This document shows positions 1 through 9,503 of a stretch of 32,100 nt of DNA, piece by piece. The position numbers and the translations under genes are program-made. The DNA is from Candidatus Woykebacteria bacterium RIFCSPLOWO2_01_FULL_43_14. Lineage in GTDB: Bacteria; Patescibacteriota; Microgenomatia; Woykebacterales; 2-01-FULL-43-14. Where the stretch lies: assembly GCA_001816835.1 (NCBI GenBank), contig MHDB01000013.1:25334-57433 (forward strand), written 5' to 3'. The notes beneath the pieces are model-generated. The model was not told the origin of the DNA and did not search any database. It worked only from the letters and a program-made list of their open reading frames with translations. Numbering within the stretch: the stretch's first letter is position 1; each line of letters begins with the position of its first letter.

Positions 1-2
1 AA

Positions 3-704
3 TATCCAGGTGATGATATCCCTGTGGTTCGTGGCTCGGCTCTTAAAGCCATTGAAGGTGACGCCAACGCAGTTAAATCTATTGAAGAACTTATGTCCAA
101 GGTTGACGAGTATATCCCAACCCCAGTTCGAGAGCTTGATAAGCCATTCCTCATGCCGGTGGAGGATGTTTTCTCTATTAAAGGGCGCGGAACTGTTGTT
201 ACAGGTAGGATTGGCCGTGGCATCGTCAAAGTTAACGACACAATCGAAATTGTGGGTATTAGGCCTAAAACTTCTCAGACAGTAGTGACCGGAGTAGAAA
301 TGTTCCGGAAACAACTTGACGAGGGTCAGGCTGGGGACAACGTAGGGTTACTTCTTCGGGGTATTGAAAAAGAGGATGTCGAGCGTGGTCAAGTTTTGTC
401 CAAGCCTGGTTCCATTAAGCCTCACACTGAATTTGAAGCAGAGGTTTATGTTTTAACCAAAGAAGAAGGCGGTCGTCACACCCCATTCTTTAAAGGTTAT
501 AGACCCCAGTTCTATCTCCGAACAACTGACGTTACTGGTGAAGTAACTCTTCCAGAGGGAACCGAGATGGTAATGCCAGGGGATAACATTAAAGTTACAA
601 TTAAACTAATTGGTCCTGTTGCCTTAGAAGAAGGTCTTAGGTTTGCTATCCGTGAGGGTGGTCACACTGTAGGAGCAGGGGTAGTTAGTAAAATAATCGC
701 GTAG
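3..704 (+). CDS. tuf: Elongation factor Tu, 5'-truncated by the window edge
   Basis: Frame is open from position 3 (YPGDDIPV...). Motifs [38 protein letters not shown] and [13 protein letters not shown]. Confidence 0.99.
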   Translation, partial: YPGDDIPVVRGSALKAIEGDANAVKSIEELMSKVDEYIPTPVRELDKPFLMPVEDVFSIKGRGTVVTGRIGRGIVKVNDTIEIVGIRPKTSQTVVTGVEMFRKQLDEGQAGDNVGLLLRGIEKEDVERGQVLSKPGSIKPHTEFEAEVYVLTKEEGGRHTPFFKGYRPQFYLRTTDVTGEVTLPEGTEMVMPGDNIKVTIKLIGPVALEEGLRFAIREGGHTVGAGVVSKIIA

Positions 705-710
705 GAGTCT

Positions 711-773
711 GTAGTACGTAGTTTTTAGTTTGTAGTTATTTTCTACAACCTACTAACTACAACCTACTAACTA
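711..773. repeat. Inverted array of degenerate 7-bp units (GTAGnnn / CTACnnn)
   Basis: Left arm GTAGTAC GTAGTTT TTAGTTT GTAGTTA; right arm CTACAAC CTACTAA CTACAAC CTACTAA CTA. Confidence 0.85.
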
Positions 774-778
774 ATTAG

Positions 779-1087
779 ATGGCTAAAGGTCGAATACGAG
801 TTCGTTTAAAATCATATGACAACAGAGTGCTAGATGATAGCGCCGAGGATATCCTTGACACTGCTATCAGGACTGGCGCCAAAGTGGCTGGGCCGATCCC
901 ACTGCCTACACGGATAGAGCGTTATACAGTAACAACCTCACCTCATGTAGATAAAGACGCCCGTGAGCACTTTGAAATTCGAACTCACAAGCGATTAATA
1001 GATATTATTGAACCAACTCCTAAGACACTTGACGCTCTTATGCACTTAGACCTTCCTGCTGGTGTCGACATTGAAATAAAAATGTAG
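779..1087 (+). CDS. rpsJ: 30S ribosomal protein S10
   Basis: [40 protein letters not shown]. Confidence 0.99.
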   Translation: MAKGRIRVRLKSYDNRVLDDSAEDILDTAIRTGAKVAGPIPLPTRIERYTVTTSPHVDKDAREHFEIRTHKRLIDIIEPTPKTLDALMHLDLPAGVDIEIKM

Positions 1088-1114
1088 TTAAGTTTTTCTG
1101 GTGTATGTAGGGAT

Positions 1115-1138
1115 AAAAGAGCCTAAACGGCTTTTTTT
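1115..1138 (+). terminator. Intrinsic terminator-like hairpin between rpsJ and rplC
   Basis: AAAAGAGCC-TAAAC-GGCTTTTTTT: short GC stem followed by a T7 tract. Confidence 0.55.
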
Positions 1139-1148
1139 GTTGAAGAGT

Positions 1149-1928
1149 ATGAAATTAAGGCAAATTATGGGTGAAAAGTTAAATATGTCCCAAATGCCTG
1201 ATAGGCATGGAAGGGTCAGCGCAACTACCATACTAAGAGTATCTCCCAATGTTGTGGTAAAACTAAATGCTAAAAAGGCTTTAGTTGCTTTTGGTTACAG
1301 AAAGAAACTAGCTAACGCAATCAAGGGTATTGTTAAAGGTCTGAAAGACGTATCCCCAAGGGTTTTGAAAGAGCTTGAATTGGGTAACGAGGAAGTAAAA
1401 AAGGGCGAGCAGGTAAAAGTAGGCGACGTGTTCCGTAAAGGGGATTTGGTTGATATAACTGGTATTTCAAAAGGTAAAGGATTTGCCGGTGGTGTGAAAA
1501 GACATGGTTTCGCTGGTGGTCCTAAGACGCATGGTCAGTCCGATCGGCACCGTGCTCCTGGGTCTATTGGTTCTGGTACAACCCCAGGAAGGGTTTTAAA
1601 AGGTCTACGTATGGCTGGACACATGGGTGTTGATCAGGTGACCATACAGGGCCTTGAGATATTGGATATCGATGAGGAAAATAATCTGGTGACTATTAGA
1701 GGAGCTGTCCCTGGATCAAGAACAGGGGTGGTTACACTCACCCGCTCGATTAAGAAGAAAAAAGCTTATCACGAACCGGAAATTCCTGCACTACCCCAAC
1801 TTCCCAAGGAAGAGCCTAGCGTTTCAGATGAGAACGTAGAAAGTCCTGCTTCACAACCAGTAGCTGAAAGTAAAGAAGTCGTTCCTGTTGAGGCCGCCAA
1901 AGAAAACGGTGAGGACACAAATGGCTAA
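1149..1928 (+). CDS. rplC: 50S ribosomal protein L3 with acidic C-terminal extension
   Basis: VDITGISKGKGFAGGVKRHGF, THGQSDRHRAPGSIG, MAGHMG. ATG 1149 is preferred over GTG 1101, which lies upstream of the hairpin. Confidence 0.97.
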   Translation: MKLRQIMGEKLNMSQMPDRHGRVSATTILRVSPNVVVKLNAKKALVAFGYRKKLANAIKGIVKGLKDVSPRVLKELELGNEEVKKGEQVKVGDVFRKGDLVDITGISKGKGFAGGVKRHGFAGGPKTHGQSDRHRAPGSIGSGTTPGRVLKGLRMAGHMGVDQVTIQGLEILDIDEENNLVTIRGAVPGSRTGVVTLTRSIKKKKAYHEPEIPALPQLPKEEPSVSDENVESPASQPVAESKEVVPVEAAKENGEDTNG

Positions 1929-2592
1929 ATTAGAAACGACTACAACACCTGAAACAAAGGTAAATATTGCTGTGTTTGGTAAAAATGGCTCCGCTGCTCC
2001 AGTAGTGATTGAGAAGGAATTGCTTGTTTCCAAGGTAAAGCCTGGTATGATTGCTCAGGTTGTTCGGGTAATGCTTTCAAACGAACACCAAGGAACTGTT
2101 GCTGTTAAAGACCGTTCAGAAGTTTCAGGTGGGGGGCGAAAGCCTTGGAAGCAAAAAGGAACAGGTAGGGCTAGACAAGGCTCGATTAGGTCCCCTCAAT
2201 GGGTGGGTGGCGGTGTAGTCCATGGCCCTCAGAATGATAAGAGAAAGTTAACTTTACCTAAAAGTTGGAGTAAGAAAGCCTTAGTTGAGCTCTTAAAGCA
2301 GGTGATAATCGAGGAAGCCTTGGTCTTAATAGAGGATTTTAATCTTGAAAAACCAAAGACTGCGGAGCTTGTGTCTGCTTTGTCTAGCATAAAAACTAAG
2401 GGTAAAACCCTTTTTATTTTGGACAAACTAGATAAAGTGACTTTTTTGTCAGCCCGTAATATCCCAAATCTTACACTTATAACTTGGGAAGGCATGAACA
2501 CTCTTAGTTTACTAAGGGCAGATACAATAGTCACCAAGGTTAGTAGTTTTGAAAAGCTTAAAAAGATTTTGGAAGATAACAATGGAAAGTAG
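1921..2592 (+). CDS. rplD: 50S ribosomal protein L4
   Basis: RSEVSGGGRKPWKQKGTGRARQGSIRSPQWVGGGVVHGP; ATG 1921 overlaps the rplC end. Confidence 0.98.
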   Translation: MAKLETTTTPETKVNIAVFGKNGSAAPVVIEKELLVSKVKPGMIAQVVRVMLSNEHQGTVAVKDRSEVSGGGRKPWKQKGTGRARQGSIRSPQWVGGGVVHGPQNDKRKLTLPKSWSKKALVELLKQVIIEEALVLIEDFNLEKPKTAELVSALSSIKTKGKTLFILDKLDKVTFLSARNIPNLTLITWEGMNTLSLLRADTIVTKVSSFEKLKKILEDNNGK

Positions 2593-2893
2593 TCAGGTTT
2601 TGGTAAAACCCCTCTTCACTGAAAAAACTCTTAGTTTGTCAGACAAGGGTCGTTATACTTTTGTGGTGGCTTTAAAGGCGAATAAGTATCAGATAAAAAA
2701 AGCCCTTAAGGATATGTTTAACGTGGATGTCAAAGAAGTAAGAACGATGATTGTTAAAGGGGCGCTCAAAAGGGTTGGTAAGAAAAGATTGCTTACAAAA
2801 CAAAGTAACTATAAAAAAGCGATAGTACTACTGAAAAAAGATCAAAAACTTGATCTTTTTGATCAAGAACCTCCCAAAGAGGAAGGAAAATAG
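2582..2893 (+). CDS. rplW: 50S ribosomal protein L23
   Basis: KPLFTEK, YTFVV..ANKYQIKKA, YKKAIV; operon position. Confidence 0.97.
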   Translation: MESSQVLVKPLFTEKTLSLSDKGRYTFVVALKANKYQIKKALKDMFNVDVKEVRTMIVKGALKRVGKKRLLTKQSNYKKAIVLLKKDQKLDLFDQEPPKEEGK

Positions 2894-2899
2894 CAACAC

Positions 2900-3730
2900 A
2901 TGGCAATTAAGAAAATGGGTGGATCGACGCCTTCGCGAAGATTCATGACAGGACTAAGTAAAAAAGATTTAACTAGCAGCAAGCCTCATAAAGGCTTAAG
3001 TAGGATTCTGCCTAAAACAGGCGGTAGGGACAGTACTGGTCGGATTAGTGTTCGACACCAGGCTGGGAAGCAAAAGAGGTTATATCGTGAAATTGACTTT
3101 CGACGCGATAAGTTTGATGTGCCAGGGGTAGTAAGTACCATTGAATATGACCCAAACCGTTCGACTTCGATCAGCTTGGTCACTTACAAAGATGGTGAAA
3201 AAAGATATATCTTGGCTCCTCAAGGACTTAAGGTAGGAGACAGCGTTCTTTCTGGTGAAAAAGTGGAGGCTAAAGTAGGGAATGCCTCTCCTTTAAAAAA
3301 CCTTCCGATTGGTAGTGTCGTTCACAACATCGAGATGTCACCTCATTCTGGTGGTCAGTTGGCACGATCTGCGGGTACGTATGCGACTTTAATGGCTATA
3401 GAAGATAATTGGGCGCACTTAAAATTGCCCTCAGGCGAAGTCAGAAAAATTCCCCAAAACTGTATGGCTACTTTGGGAGCTCTTAGCAATTCTGATTGGA
3501 AGAACATAGTTATTGGAAAAGCTGGTAGGTCAAGGTATAAAGGTAAAAAGCCAACGGTTCGAGGTGTTGCCATGTCACCGCGTGACCACCCCCACGGTGG
3601 TGGTGAGGGCAGATCGCCTATTGGAATGAAGTCTCCCAAATCTCCATGGGGTAAGTTTACCTTAGGAAAAAGAACTCGTAAAAAAACCAAAGCATCAACG
3701 AGCCTAATTTTGCAAAGAAGGAAACATTAA
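2900..3730 (+). CDS. rplB: 50S ribosomal protein L2
   Basis: [37 protein letters not shown]. Confidence 0.99.
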   Translation: MAIKKMGGSTPSRRFMTGLSKKDLTSSKPHKGLSRILPKTGGRDSTGRISVRHQAGKQKRLYREIDFRRDKFDVPGVVSTIEYDPNRSTSISLVTYKDGEKRYILAPQGLKVGDSVLSGEKVEAKVGNASPLKNLPIGSVVHNIEMSPHSGGQLARSAGTYATLMAIEDNWAHLKLPSGEVRKIPQNCMATLGALSNSDWKNIVIGKAGRSRYKGKKPTVRGVAMSPRDHPHGGGEGRSPIGMKSPKSPWGKFTLGKRTRKKTKASTSLILQRRKH

Positions 3731-3732
3731 TT

Positions 3733-4017
3733 ATGTCAAGATCAACTAAAAAAGGACCCTATATAGACGCTAAACTATCAAAGAAGATAGAAAAATTAAA
3801 CCAACTGGGTAAGAAAGAACCCATCAAGACTTGGGCTAGAGATAGTCAGATATCGCCTGAGATGGTTGGCCATACGATCTCAGTCCACAATGGAAGGATT
3901 TTTATCCCAGTTTTTGTTGTCGAACAGATGGTCGGACATCGATTAGGTGAATTTTCCCTAACACGCACCTTTCGTACTCATGGAAGAGTGGTGGAGAGGA
4001 CAACTTCACCAACATAG
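3733..4017 (+). CDS. rpsS: 30S ribosomal protein S19
   Basis: [28 protein letters not shown]. Confidence 0.99.
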   Translation: MSRSTKKGPYIDAKLSKKIEKLNQLGKKEPIKTWARDSQISPEMVGHTISVHNGRIFIPVFVVEQMVGHRLGEFSLTRTFRTHGRVVERTTSPT

Positions 4018-4021
4018 GATA

Positions 4022-4096
4022 AGTACGTAGTACATAGTACGTAGTTGGTAGTAGGTAGAAAATTTCTACGTACTACGTACTAAAAACTACCAACTA
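4022..4096. repeat. Inverted array of degenerate 7-bp units, same family as 711-773
   Basis: AGTAC GTAGTAC ATAGTAC GTAGTTG GTAGTAG GTAGAAA ... CTACGTA CTACGTA CTAAAAA CTACCAA CTA. Confidence 0.88.
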
Positions 4097-4100
4097 AATT

Positions 4101-4430
4101 ATGGAAATAGTAAGCAGTAACAAATACATAAGAATATCTCCACGGAAGGTAAGATTACTCTCAAAAAAGCTGGAAAATCTTCCTGTGGGAGTGGCTGTCA
4201 CTACTCTGAGGTTTATGCCTCAGAAAGCGGCAATACCTCTCATTAAGGTCATAAAAGCTGCGACTAGCGATGCTGAGCACAACTTCAAGCGAGATAGCCA
4301 GAAATTGGTGATCAAAAAGATTGAGGTGAACGAAGGACCGACCCTAAAGAGGAGTATTCCTCGAAGCCGAGGTATGTCCCACCCCATTCTGAAGCGAACT
4401 ACGCATATAAAAGTAACTCTAACTGATTAG
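4101..4430 (+). CDS. rplV: 50S ribosomal protein L22
   Basis: IRISPRKVRL, VNEGPTLKR..PRSRG, ILKRTTHIKV. Confidence 0.98.
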   Translation: MEIVSSNKYIRISPRKVRLLSKKLENLPVGVAVTTLRFMPQKAAIPLIKVIKAATSDAEHNFKRDSQKLVIKKIEVNEGPTLKRSIPRSRGMSHPILKRTTHIKVTLTD

Positions 4431-4503
4431 ACTCTAAGATCAGTTTGTGGTAGAATTCAGCTTCTCGGTTGGTTAGCTAAGAACTATTTGGAGGTTTATT
4501 AAA

Positions 4504-5136
4504 GTGGGTCAGAAAGTTAATCCCAACGCATATAGACTAAGCCTAAAGAAGAATTGGCTGTCGCGTTGGTTTGCGGATGGTAAAAGATATAGAGACTACT
4601 TGTTAGCGGATTTGAAAATCCGAGAGGCAGTTATGTCCAAATTAGTGCCCGCGGGTGTAGCTGAAGTGACTATAGAGAGAAGTGGTAACCAGACCACTGT
4701 CAATGTCAGTGTTTCTCGACCGGGAATGGTCATTGGAAGAGCTGGGACTGGTGTTGAGGAACTCAAGAAGTTTTTGGCAGTATTAAGTGGTGGTCCTGTA
4801 AAACTGGAAGTTAAAGACATCAAGAACCCTGACGTGAACGCTTATCTGGTCGCTAAAAACGTTGCAACTCAGATCGAAAGACGCTACCCACCAAAAAGGG
4901 CGATAAACCAAGCGGTTGATCGTGCAATGCGCGCTGGGGCTAAAGGTGTCAAAATTTTGATCAGCGGTCGTATTGGCGGGGCTGAAATTGCTCGAAGGGA
5001 AAAGGCGGTTTCTGGTACAATACCTCTCTCCTCATTGAGAGCGGACATTGATTATGCTTCAGTAGCAGCTAAGACTCCCACTGCCGGAGTGCTCGGAGTG
5101 AAGGTTTGGGTATACAAAGGAGAGGAAATAACCTAA
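4504..5136 (+). CDS. rpsC: 30S ribosomal protein S3
   Basis: MGQKVNP, RPGMVIGRAG, SGRIGGAEIAR, GVKVWVYKGE; GTG start with GGAGGT upstream. Confidence 0.99.
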   Translation: MGQKVNPNAYRLSLKKNWLSRWFADGKRYRDYLLADLKIREAVMSKLVPAGVAEVTIERSGNQTTVNVSVSRPGMVIGRAGTGVEELKKFLAVLSGGPVKLEVKDIKNPDVNAYLVAKNVATQIERRYPPKRAINQAVDRAMRAGAKGVKILISGRIGGAEIARREKAVSGTIPLSSLRADIDYASVAAKTPTAGVLGVKVWVYKGEEIT

Positions 5137-5160
5137 GTGTATTGGGTTGATGGATAGCTT

Positions 5161-5574
5161 ATGTTACAGCCGAAACGAGTTAAATATCGAAGACAATTTA
5201 GGGGTTCTTGGAAAGGTGTTGCTACTCGGGGGAATGCGCTGGAGTTTGGTGAATTTGGGTTGAAATCCATGACTCGTGGTTGGGTAAGCGCTCGAGAAAT
5301 AGAATCCGCTAGACGAGCAATGACTCACTATACAAAAAGAGGTGGTCGAATCTGGATTCGGGTTTTCCCAGATAAGCCAATTACTAAGAAACCACCAGAA
5401 ACCCGCATGGGAAGCGGAAAAGGCGGCGTAGACCATTACGTTACTGTAGTCAAACCGGGAACAGTCATTTTTGAGATGGGTGGGGTAAGTAAGGATATAG
5501 CCACTGAGGCAATGAGACTCGCCGCTATGAAACTAAGTGTCGATGTAAAATTTATTACTGAGGATGATATCTAA
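5161..5574 (+). CDS. rplP: 50S ribosomal protein L16
   Basis: [36 protein letters not shown]. Confidence 0.99.
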   Translation: MLQPKRVKYRRQFRGSWKGVATRGNALEFGEFGLKSMTRGWVSAREIESARRAMTHYTKRGGRIWIRVFPDKPITKKPPETRMGSGKGGVDHYVTVVKPGTVIFEMGGVSKDIATEAMRLAAMKLSVDVKFITEDDI

Positions 5575-5772
5575 ATGTTGAAAGCAAAAGACCTAACTAG
5601 CAAAAACGTGCCAGAGCTTCTTAAATCGTTAGCTGACTTTCAACTGGAGATATTCAAAATGAAGTCAGATTTGACCAAGCAAAAAGTCAAAAATGTTAGG
5701 GCTATTAAGAACAAAAGAATAGAGTTGGCACGTATAAAAACAATCCTGCGACAAAAGGAAGTAAAAATCTAA
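5575..5772 (+). CDS. rpmC: 50S ribosomal protein L29
   Basis: 65-aa basic helical protein with ELARIKTILRQK, between rplP and rpsQ. Confidence 0.93.
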   Translation: MLKAKDLTSKNVPELLKSLADFQLEIFKMKSDLTKQKVKNVRAIKNKRIELARIKTILRQKEVKI

Positions 5773-6002
5773 TGAAAGAATTCGTTGGTGAGGTTGTAAG
5801 TAATAAAAGTGAAAAAACAGCCCTGGTTAGGGTAGATTGGGTGGCTGTCCACCCAGTTTATAAAAAAAGAGTCCGCAGGAGTCAAAAGATAAAAGCTCAT
5901 GACACTCTTGGGGTAAACATTGGTGATCGGGTAAAAATAATTGAAACACGGCCCATTTCAAAGGACAAGCACTTCCTGATTAAAGAGGTTTTGAAGAAAT
6001 AA
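5772..6002 (+). CDS. rpsQ: 30S ribosomal protein S17
   Basis: [36 protein letters not shown]. Confidence 0.98.
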   Translation: MKEFVGEVVSNKSEKTALVRVDWVAVHPVYKKRVRRSQKIKAHDTLGVNIGDRVKIIETRPISKDKHFLIKEVLKK

Positions 6003-6003
6003 T

Positions 6004-6372
6004 ATGGTTCGAGAACAATCGAGGTTAAAATCAGCCGATAACAGCGGGGCGAAAGAGTTGTATGTCATAGACATCCCCGCCAGAAGCGTTCAAAAAGTCG
6101 CCCGTCTTGGGGAGGTAATTACTTGTGTTGTAAAAGGTGCTGACCCCCAAGGTGCTGTCAAAGATGGCGAGATAGTCAAGGCCGTAATTGTGCGTACTAA
6201 AAAGGAAAAAAGACGCTCAGACGGTTCCTATATTAGATTTGACCAAAATGCAGCGGTTATTATTGGTGGGGACGGTGTACCAAGAGGGACTCGAATTTTT
6301 GGCCCTATTGCACGTGAGGTTCGGGACAAGGGTTTTTTAAAAATAGTTTCTTTAGCTCCGGAGATTGTCTAA
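6004..6372 (+). CDS. rplN: 50S ribosomal protein L14
   Basis: [41 protein letters not shown]. Confidence 0.99.
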   Translation: MVREQSRLKSADNSGAKELYVIDIPARSVQKVARLGEVITCVVKGADPQGAVKDGEIVKAVIVRTKKEKRRSDGSYIRFDQNAAVIIGGDGVPRGTRIFGPIAREVRDKGFLKIVSLAPEIV

Positions 6373-6375
6373 TAT

Positions 6376-6459
6376 ATGAACCATGAAATTTTCAATTTCA
6401 GAACCCTGTTTCGCTTTATCTTTATGTATAGAAATAATATTAAGGAAATCTTGAAATGA
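6376..6459 (+). CDS. Putative 27-aa bridging micro-ORF (MNHEIFNFRTLFRFIFMYRNNIKEILK)
   Basis: ATG 3 nt after the rplN stop; TGA overlaps the rplX ATG (ATGA). Resembles the micro-ORF at 13854. Confidence 0.5.
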   Translation: MNHEIFNFRTLFRFIFMYRNNIKEILK

Positions 6460-6758
6460 AATTAAGAATTGGAGACAACGTAAAAGTTAATACAGGTTCG
6501 AATAAGGGTAAAACAGGTAAAATACAAAAGGTGGTCGAAGACAAGAGAAAGGTAGTTGTCGAAGGCATTAATGTGTATAAAAAACATACCCGCAAGAACA
6601 TGGGTGGTGGTATTGTCGAAAAAACATTTCCCTTGGACGTTTCAAAAGTCAGCCTTGTTTGTCCAAAATGTAACCAGACTGCTCGAATTGGGTTGACAAT
6701 AGGTAGCGATGGTAAGAAAATAAGGACTTGCAGAAAATGTAAGCAACCGTTGAACTAA
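6456..6758 (+). CDS. rplX: 50S ribosomal protein L24
   Basis: KOW motif GDNVKVNTGSNKGKTGKI, VVVEGIN, C-terminal CxxC...CxxC. Confidence 0.98.
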   Translation: MKLRIGDNVKVNTGSNKGKTGKIQKVVEDKRKVVVEGINVYKKHTRKNMGGGIVEKTFPLDVSKVSLVCPKCNQTARIGLTIGSDGKKIRTCRKCKQPLN

Positions 6759-6769
6759 GGTAAGTTAAG

Positions 6770-7321
6770 ATGGATTATTTAGATTTGTACAAAAAGGAAA
6801 TAGTACCAGCCTTCAAAAAGGAATTTGGGTTTACCAATGATTTGGCCGTTCCCAGACTTGAGAAAATTGTGCTTAACATTGGGACAGGGGACAGCCTTAG
6901 TAACGATAAGGAAAAAGAGACTCTTTTGGCGGAACTTTCTGCAATCTCAGGTCAGAAACCGTCTATTAGAAGGGCTAAGAAGGCTATAGCTGGTTTTAAG
7001 ATCAGACAAGGCGACCCTGTGGGTGTAAAAGCGACTTTAAGGGGTAAAAGAATGTACGATTTCTTACATAAGCTTGTGAGCATTGTGTTGCCTAGAGTTA
7101 GAGACTTTCGAGGTTTGGATTATAAAAGTATAGATAAGTTAGGCGGCTTTAGTCTTGGTTTTAGAGAGCACATTGTTTTTCCGGAAATAGATGTGGCTAA
7201 AATCGGGAAATATCGTGGTTTGCAAGTCACTGTCGCGACTACTAGCAAAGACCCAAAACAAACTAAAAGACTACTTGAATTATTCGGAGTTCCTTTTAAG
7301 AAGGAGGAAACAAAAGGATAG
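6770..7321 (+). CDS. rplE: 50S ribosomal protein L5
   Basis: VPRLEKIVLNIG, ISGQKP, LPRVRDFRGL, VFPEI. Confidence 0.99.
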   Translation: MDYLDLYKKEIVPAFKKEFGFTNDLAVPRLEKIVLNIGTGDSLSNDKEKETLLAELSAISGQKPSIRRAKKAIAGFKIRQGDPVGVKATLRGKRMYDFLHKLVSIVLPRVRDFRGLDYKSIDKLGGFSLGFREHIVFPEIDVAKIGKYRGLQVTVATTSKDPKQTKRLLELFGVPFKKEETKG

Positions 7322-7419
7322 GTTGTAGGCCTTCGGCTCTGAGGCTCAGGCTCGAAGAGTTTTAGGTGGTAGGTTGTAGGAGAACTAGCTACAACCTAAA
7401 ACCCACAAACTATAACCTC
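7322..7419. repeat. Inverted heptamer array with a nested imperfect palindrome at 7331-7357
   Basis: GTTGTAG [CTTCGGCTCTGAGGCTCAGGCTCGAAG] GTTTTAG GTGGTAG GTTGTAG ... CTACAAC CTAAAAC CCACAAA CTATAAC. Confidence 0.85.
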
Positions 7420-7428
7420 AAGTGATAT

Positions 7429-7614
7429 ATGGCTAAGAAATCATTAATTGTAAAAGCAAACAGAGAACCAAAATTTGCCGTAAGAGGTTATAATCGTTGT
7501 CATAGGTGTGGGCGCCCTCGGGCTTACATTCGTAGATTTGGGGTTTGTCGATTGTGCTTTAGACAACTAGCCGTAAGAGGAGAACTTCCAGGAGTTACTA
7601 AGTCTTCTAGGTAA
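7429..7614 (+). CDS. rpsN: 30S ribosomal protein S14, short Zn-binding (type Z) form
   Basis: 61 aa; RCHRCGRPR...[17 protein letters not shown]. Confidence 0.98.
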   Translation: MAKKSLIVKANREPKFAVRGYNRCHRCGRPRAYIRRFGVCRLCFRQLAVRGELPGVTKSSR

Positions 7615-7618
7615 AAGT

Positions 7619-8008
7619 ATGGATACATTATCTGATCTACTAATAAGAATAAAAAACGGTTACATGGCCAGAAAGAAAATGGTTCTGATTCCGCACTCAA
7701 AAATGAATGAAGCAATTACAGTAGTGCTAGAGAAGAATAATTACATTGAGAAATATCAGGTCAAAACTACTGAAAAAGGTTTTAAAGACTTAGAGATAAT
7801 GCTTAAGTATGACGGTAGTGAGCCTGTCCTTACGGACATTAAGAGAGTCTCTAAACCTGGTCTTAGGATTTACTCAAGAACCAATAAACTTCCTAGGGTC
7901 TTAAGTGGTTTGGGAATAGCTATTGTGTCTACTTCGCAGGGTCTTATGACGGATAAGGAAGCTAGAAAAAAAGGTGTTGGAGGCGAGCTAATAGCTCGGG
8001 TTTGGTAA
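7619..8008 (+). CDS. rpsH: 30S ribosomal protein S8
   Basis: DLLIRIKNG, RVSKPGLRIY, GIAIVSTSQGLMT, VGGELI. Confidence 0.99.
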   Translation: MDTLSDLLIRIKNGYMARKKMVLIPHSKMNEAITVVLEKNNYIEKYQVKTTEKGFKDLEIMLKYDGSEPVLTDIKRVSKPGLRIYSRTNKLPRVLSGLGIAIVSTSQGLMTDKEARKKGVGGELIARVW

Positions 8009-8009
8009 A

Positions 8010-8558
8010 GTGAGTAGGATTGGTAAACAGCCAGTGGTGATCCCCTCTGGTGTAGAAATAAAAATCGAGGGGACTACTGTGATAGCTAAAGGTCCTAAAG
8101 GGGAATTAAGTCAAAAACTCCCCCCTTTGACGAGCTCAAGGGTGGAAGAGTCCTTGATTAGGGTTGAGGCAAAGAATGCTTCCAAAGAAGCTAGGGCAAT
8201 GCACGGTTTAGCCAGAAGTTTGGTTGCTAACTTAGTCGAAGGAGTAGAAAAAGGTTTTTCTAAGACCTTGGAACTAAGTGGTATTGGTTTTCGAGCAAGC
8301 GTTACAAGTGGGAAGCTCACTTTGAATGTTGGATTTTCTCATCCCGTGGAGATTACTCCTCCAGAGGGGATAGAATTCAAGGTTCAAGAAAACAAGATAA
8401 CAGTTTTGGGTATTGATAAACAGTTAGTCGGTCAGATGGCTGCTAAGGTGTATAAAGTAAGGCCACCAGAACCTTACAAAGGTAAAGGTATTAAGTTTGC
8501 TGGGCAAATAATTAAGAAGAAAGCTGGCAAGTCTGGTAAGGCTGGGGCAAAGGTATAA
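8010..8558 (+). CDS. rplF: 50S ribosomal protein L6
   Basis: MSRIGKQPV, KGPKGEL, GFSHPV, RPPEPYKGKGI. Confidence 0.99.
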   Translation: MSRIGKQPVVIPSGVEIKIEGTTVIAKGPKGELSQKLPPLTSSRVEESLIRVEAKNASKEARAMHGLARSLVANLVEGVEKGFSKTLELSGIGFRASVTSGKLTLNVGFSHPVEITPPEGIEFKVQENKITVLGIDKQLVGQMAAKVYKVRPPEPYKGKGIKFAGQIIKKKAGKSGKAGAKV

Positions 8559-8560
8559 AA

Positions 8561-8908
8561 ATGAAAACAAAACTTTTATCTTCTCGACGACAAGGTCGAA
8601 AAAAAGCAATCACTGCCAAGATCAAGGCTTCTACACCGATTAGGTTGGGGGTCTTTCGCTCTAGTGCTCACATTTACGCTTATATAACAGATGACACTAA
8701 AGGTAGGGTTATACTTTCTAGCCGTGATTCCACGGCTAAAACCAAAATGACTAAAACAGAGAAAGCTTACGAAGTTGGCAAAAGTATTGCACAAAAAGCT
8801 AAAGAGGCAGGAATCAAAAAGATTGCCTTCGACCGTTCCGGTTTTCTTTATCACGGTCGGGTTAAGAGTCTAGCCGAAGGGGCAAGAGAAGGAGGCTTGG
8901 AGTTTTAA
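8561..8908 (+). CDS. rplR: 50S ribosomal protein L18
   Basis: [39 protein letters not shown]. Confidence 0.99.
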   Translation: MKTKLLSSRRQGRKKAITAKIKASTPIRLGVFRSSAHIYAYITDDTKGRVILSSRDSTAKTKMTKTEKAYEVGKSIAQKAKEAGIKKIAFDRSGFLYHGRVKSLAEGAREGGLEF

Positions 8909-8921
8909 CCAAGGAATTTTG

Positions 8922-9503
8922 ATGGATACATTTGAAGTTAGAGAATTTGAAGAAAAAGTTGTGCAGGTAAATAGAGTTTCCAAAAAAACTAAGGGTGGAA
9001 ACAAGATTGGTTTCTCAGTTTTGGTGGTGGTTGGGGACAAAAAAGGCCGAGTTGGCGTTGGTTTGGGTAAAGCTACGGATGTCCAATCCTCAATTCGTAA
9101 AGCAGTGAGCTACGCCAAAAAACATCTAATTGTGGTTCCTATGAAGGGGAACACTATAACTCATGAAACGCTCGTCAAAAAAGGCGCGGCCCGGATTTTC
9201 CTTAAACCTGCCTCCAGTGGTACTGGTGTTATTGCCGGTGGGGCAGTAAGGGCTGTTGTCGAAGCTGCTGGGATTAGGGATATTTTGTCCAAAGTACTGG
9301 GGACTTCGAATAAAGCTTCAAATGTCTATGCCACTATTGAGGCGCTACGGACCCTGAAACCTTTAAAGGTAAGACCACAAGAAGTCACCAAACAGGAATC
9401 AGCTCCTGAGCCTCCCAAACCAGCCAAAGTTACCAAACCAAAAGTTGTGACTGAAAAGAAGTCTGTCCGTAAGAAAGTAAAGGACTTAAGTGAAACTAAA
9501 TAA
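8922..9503 (+). CDS. rpsE: 30S ribosomal protein S5 with Lys/Pro-rich tail
   Basis: [43 protein letters not shown]. Start is TTG 8919 or ATG 8922. Confidence 0.98.
   Translation: MDTFEVREFEEKVVQVNRVSKKTKGGNKIGFSVLVVVGDKKGRVGVGLGKATDVQSSIRKAVSYAKKHLIVVPMKGNTITHETLVKKGAARIFLKPASSGTGVIAGGAVRAVVEAAGIRDILSKVLGTSNKASNVYATIEALRTLKPLKVRPQEVTKQESAPEPPKPAKVTKPKVVTEKKSVRKKVKDLSETK

Noticed and set aside
7366-7425. GTG-started 19-aa ORF ending 3 nt before rpsN as another bridging micro-ORF
   Set aside because: It starts 44 nt after the rplE stop and merely reads through the heptamer array, so it is not coupled at its 5' end.
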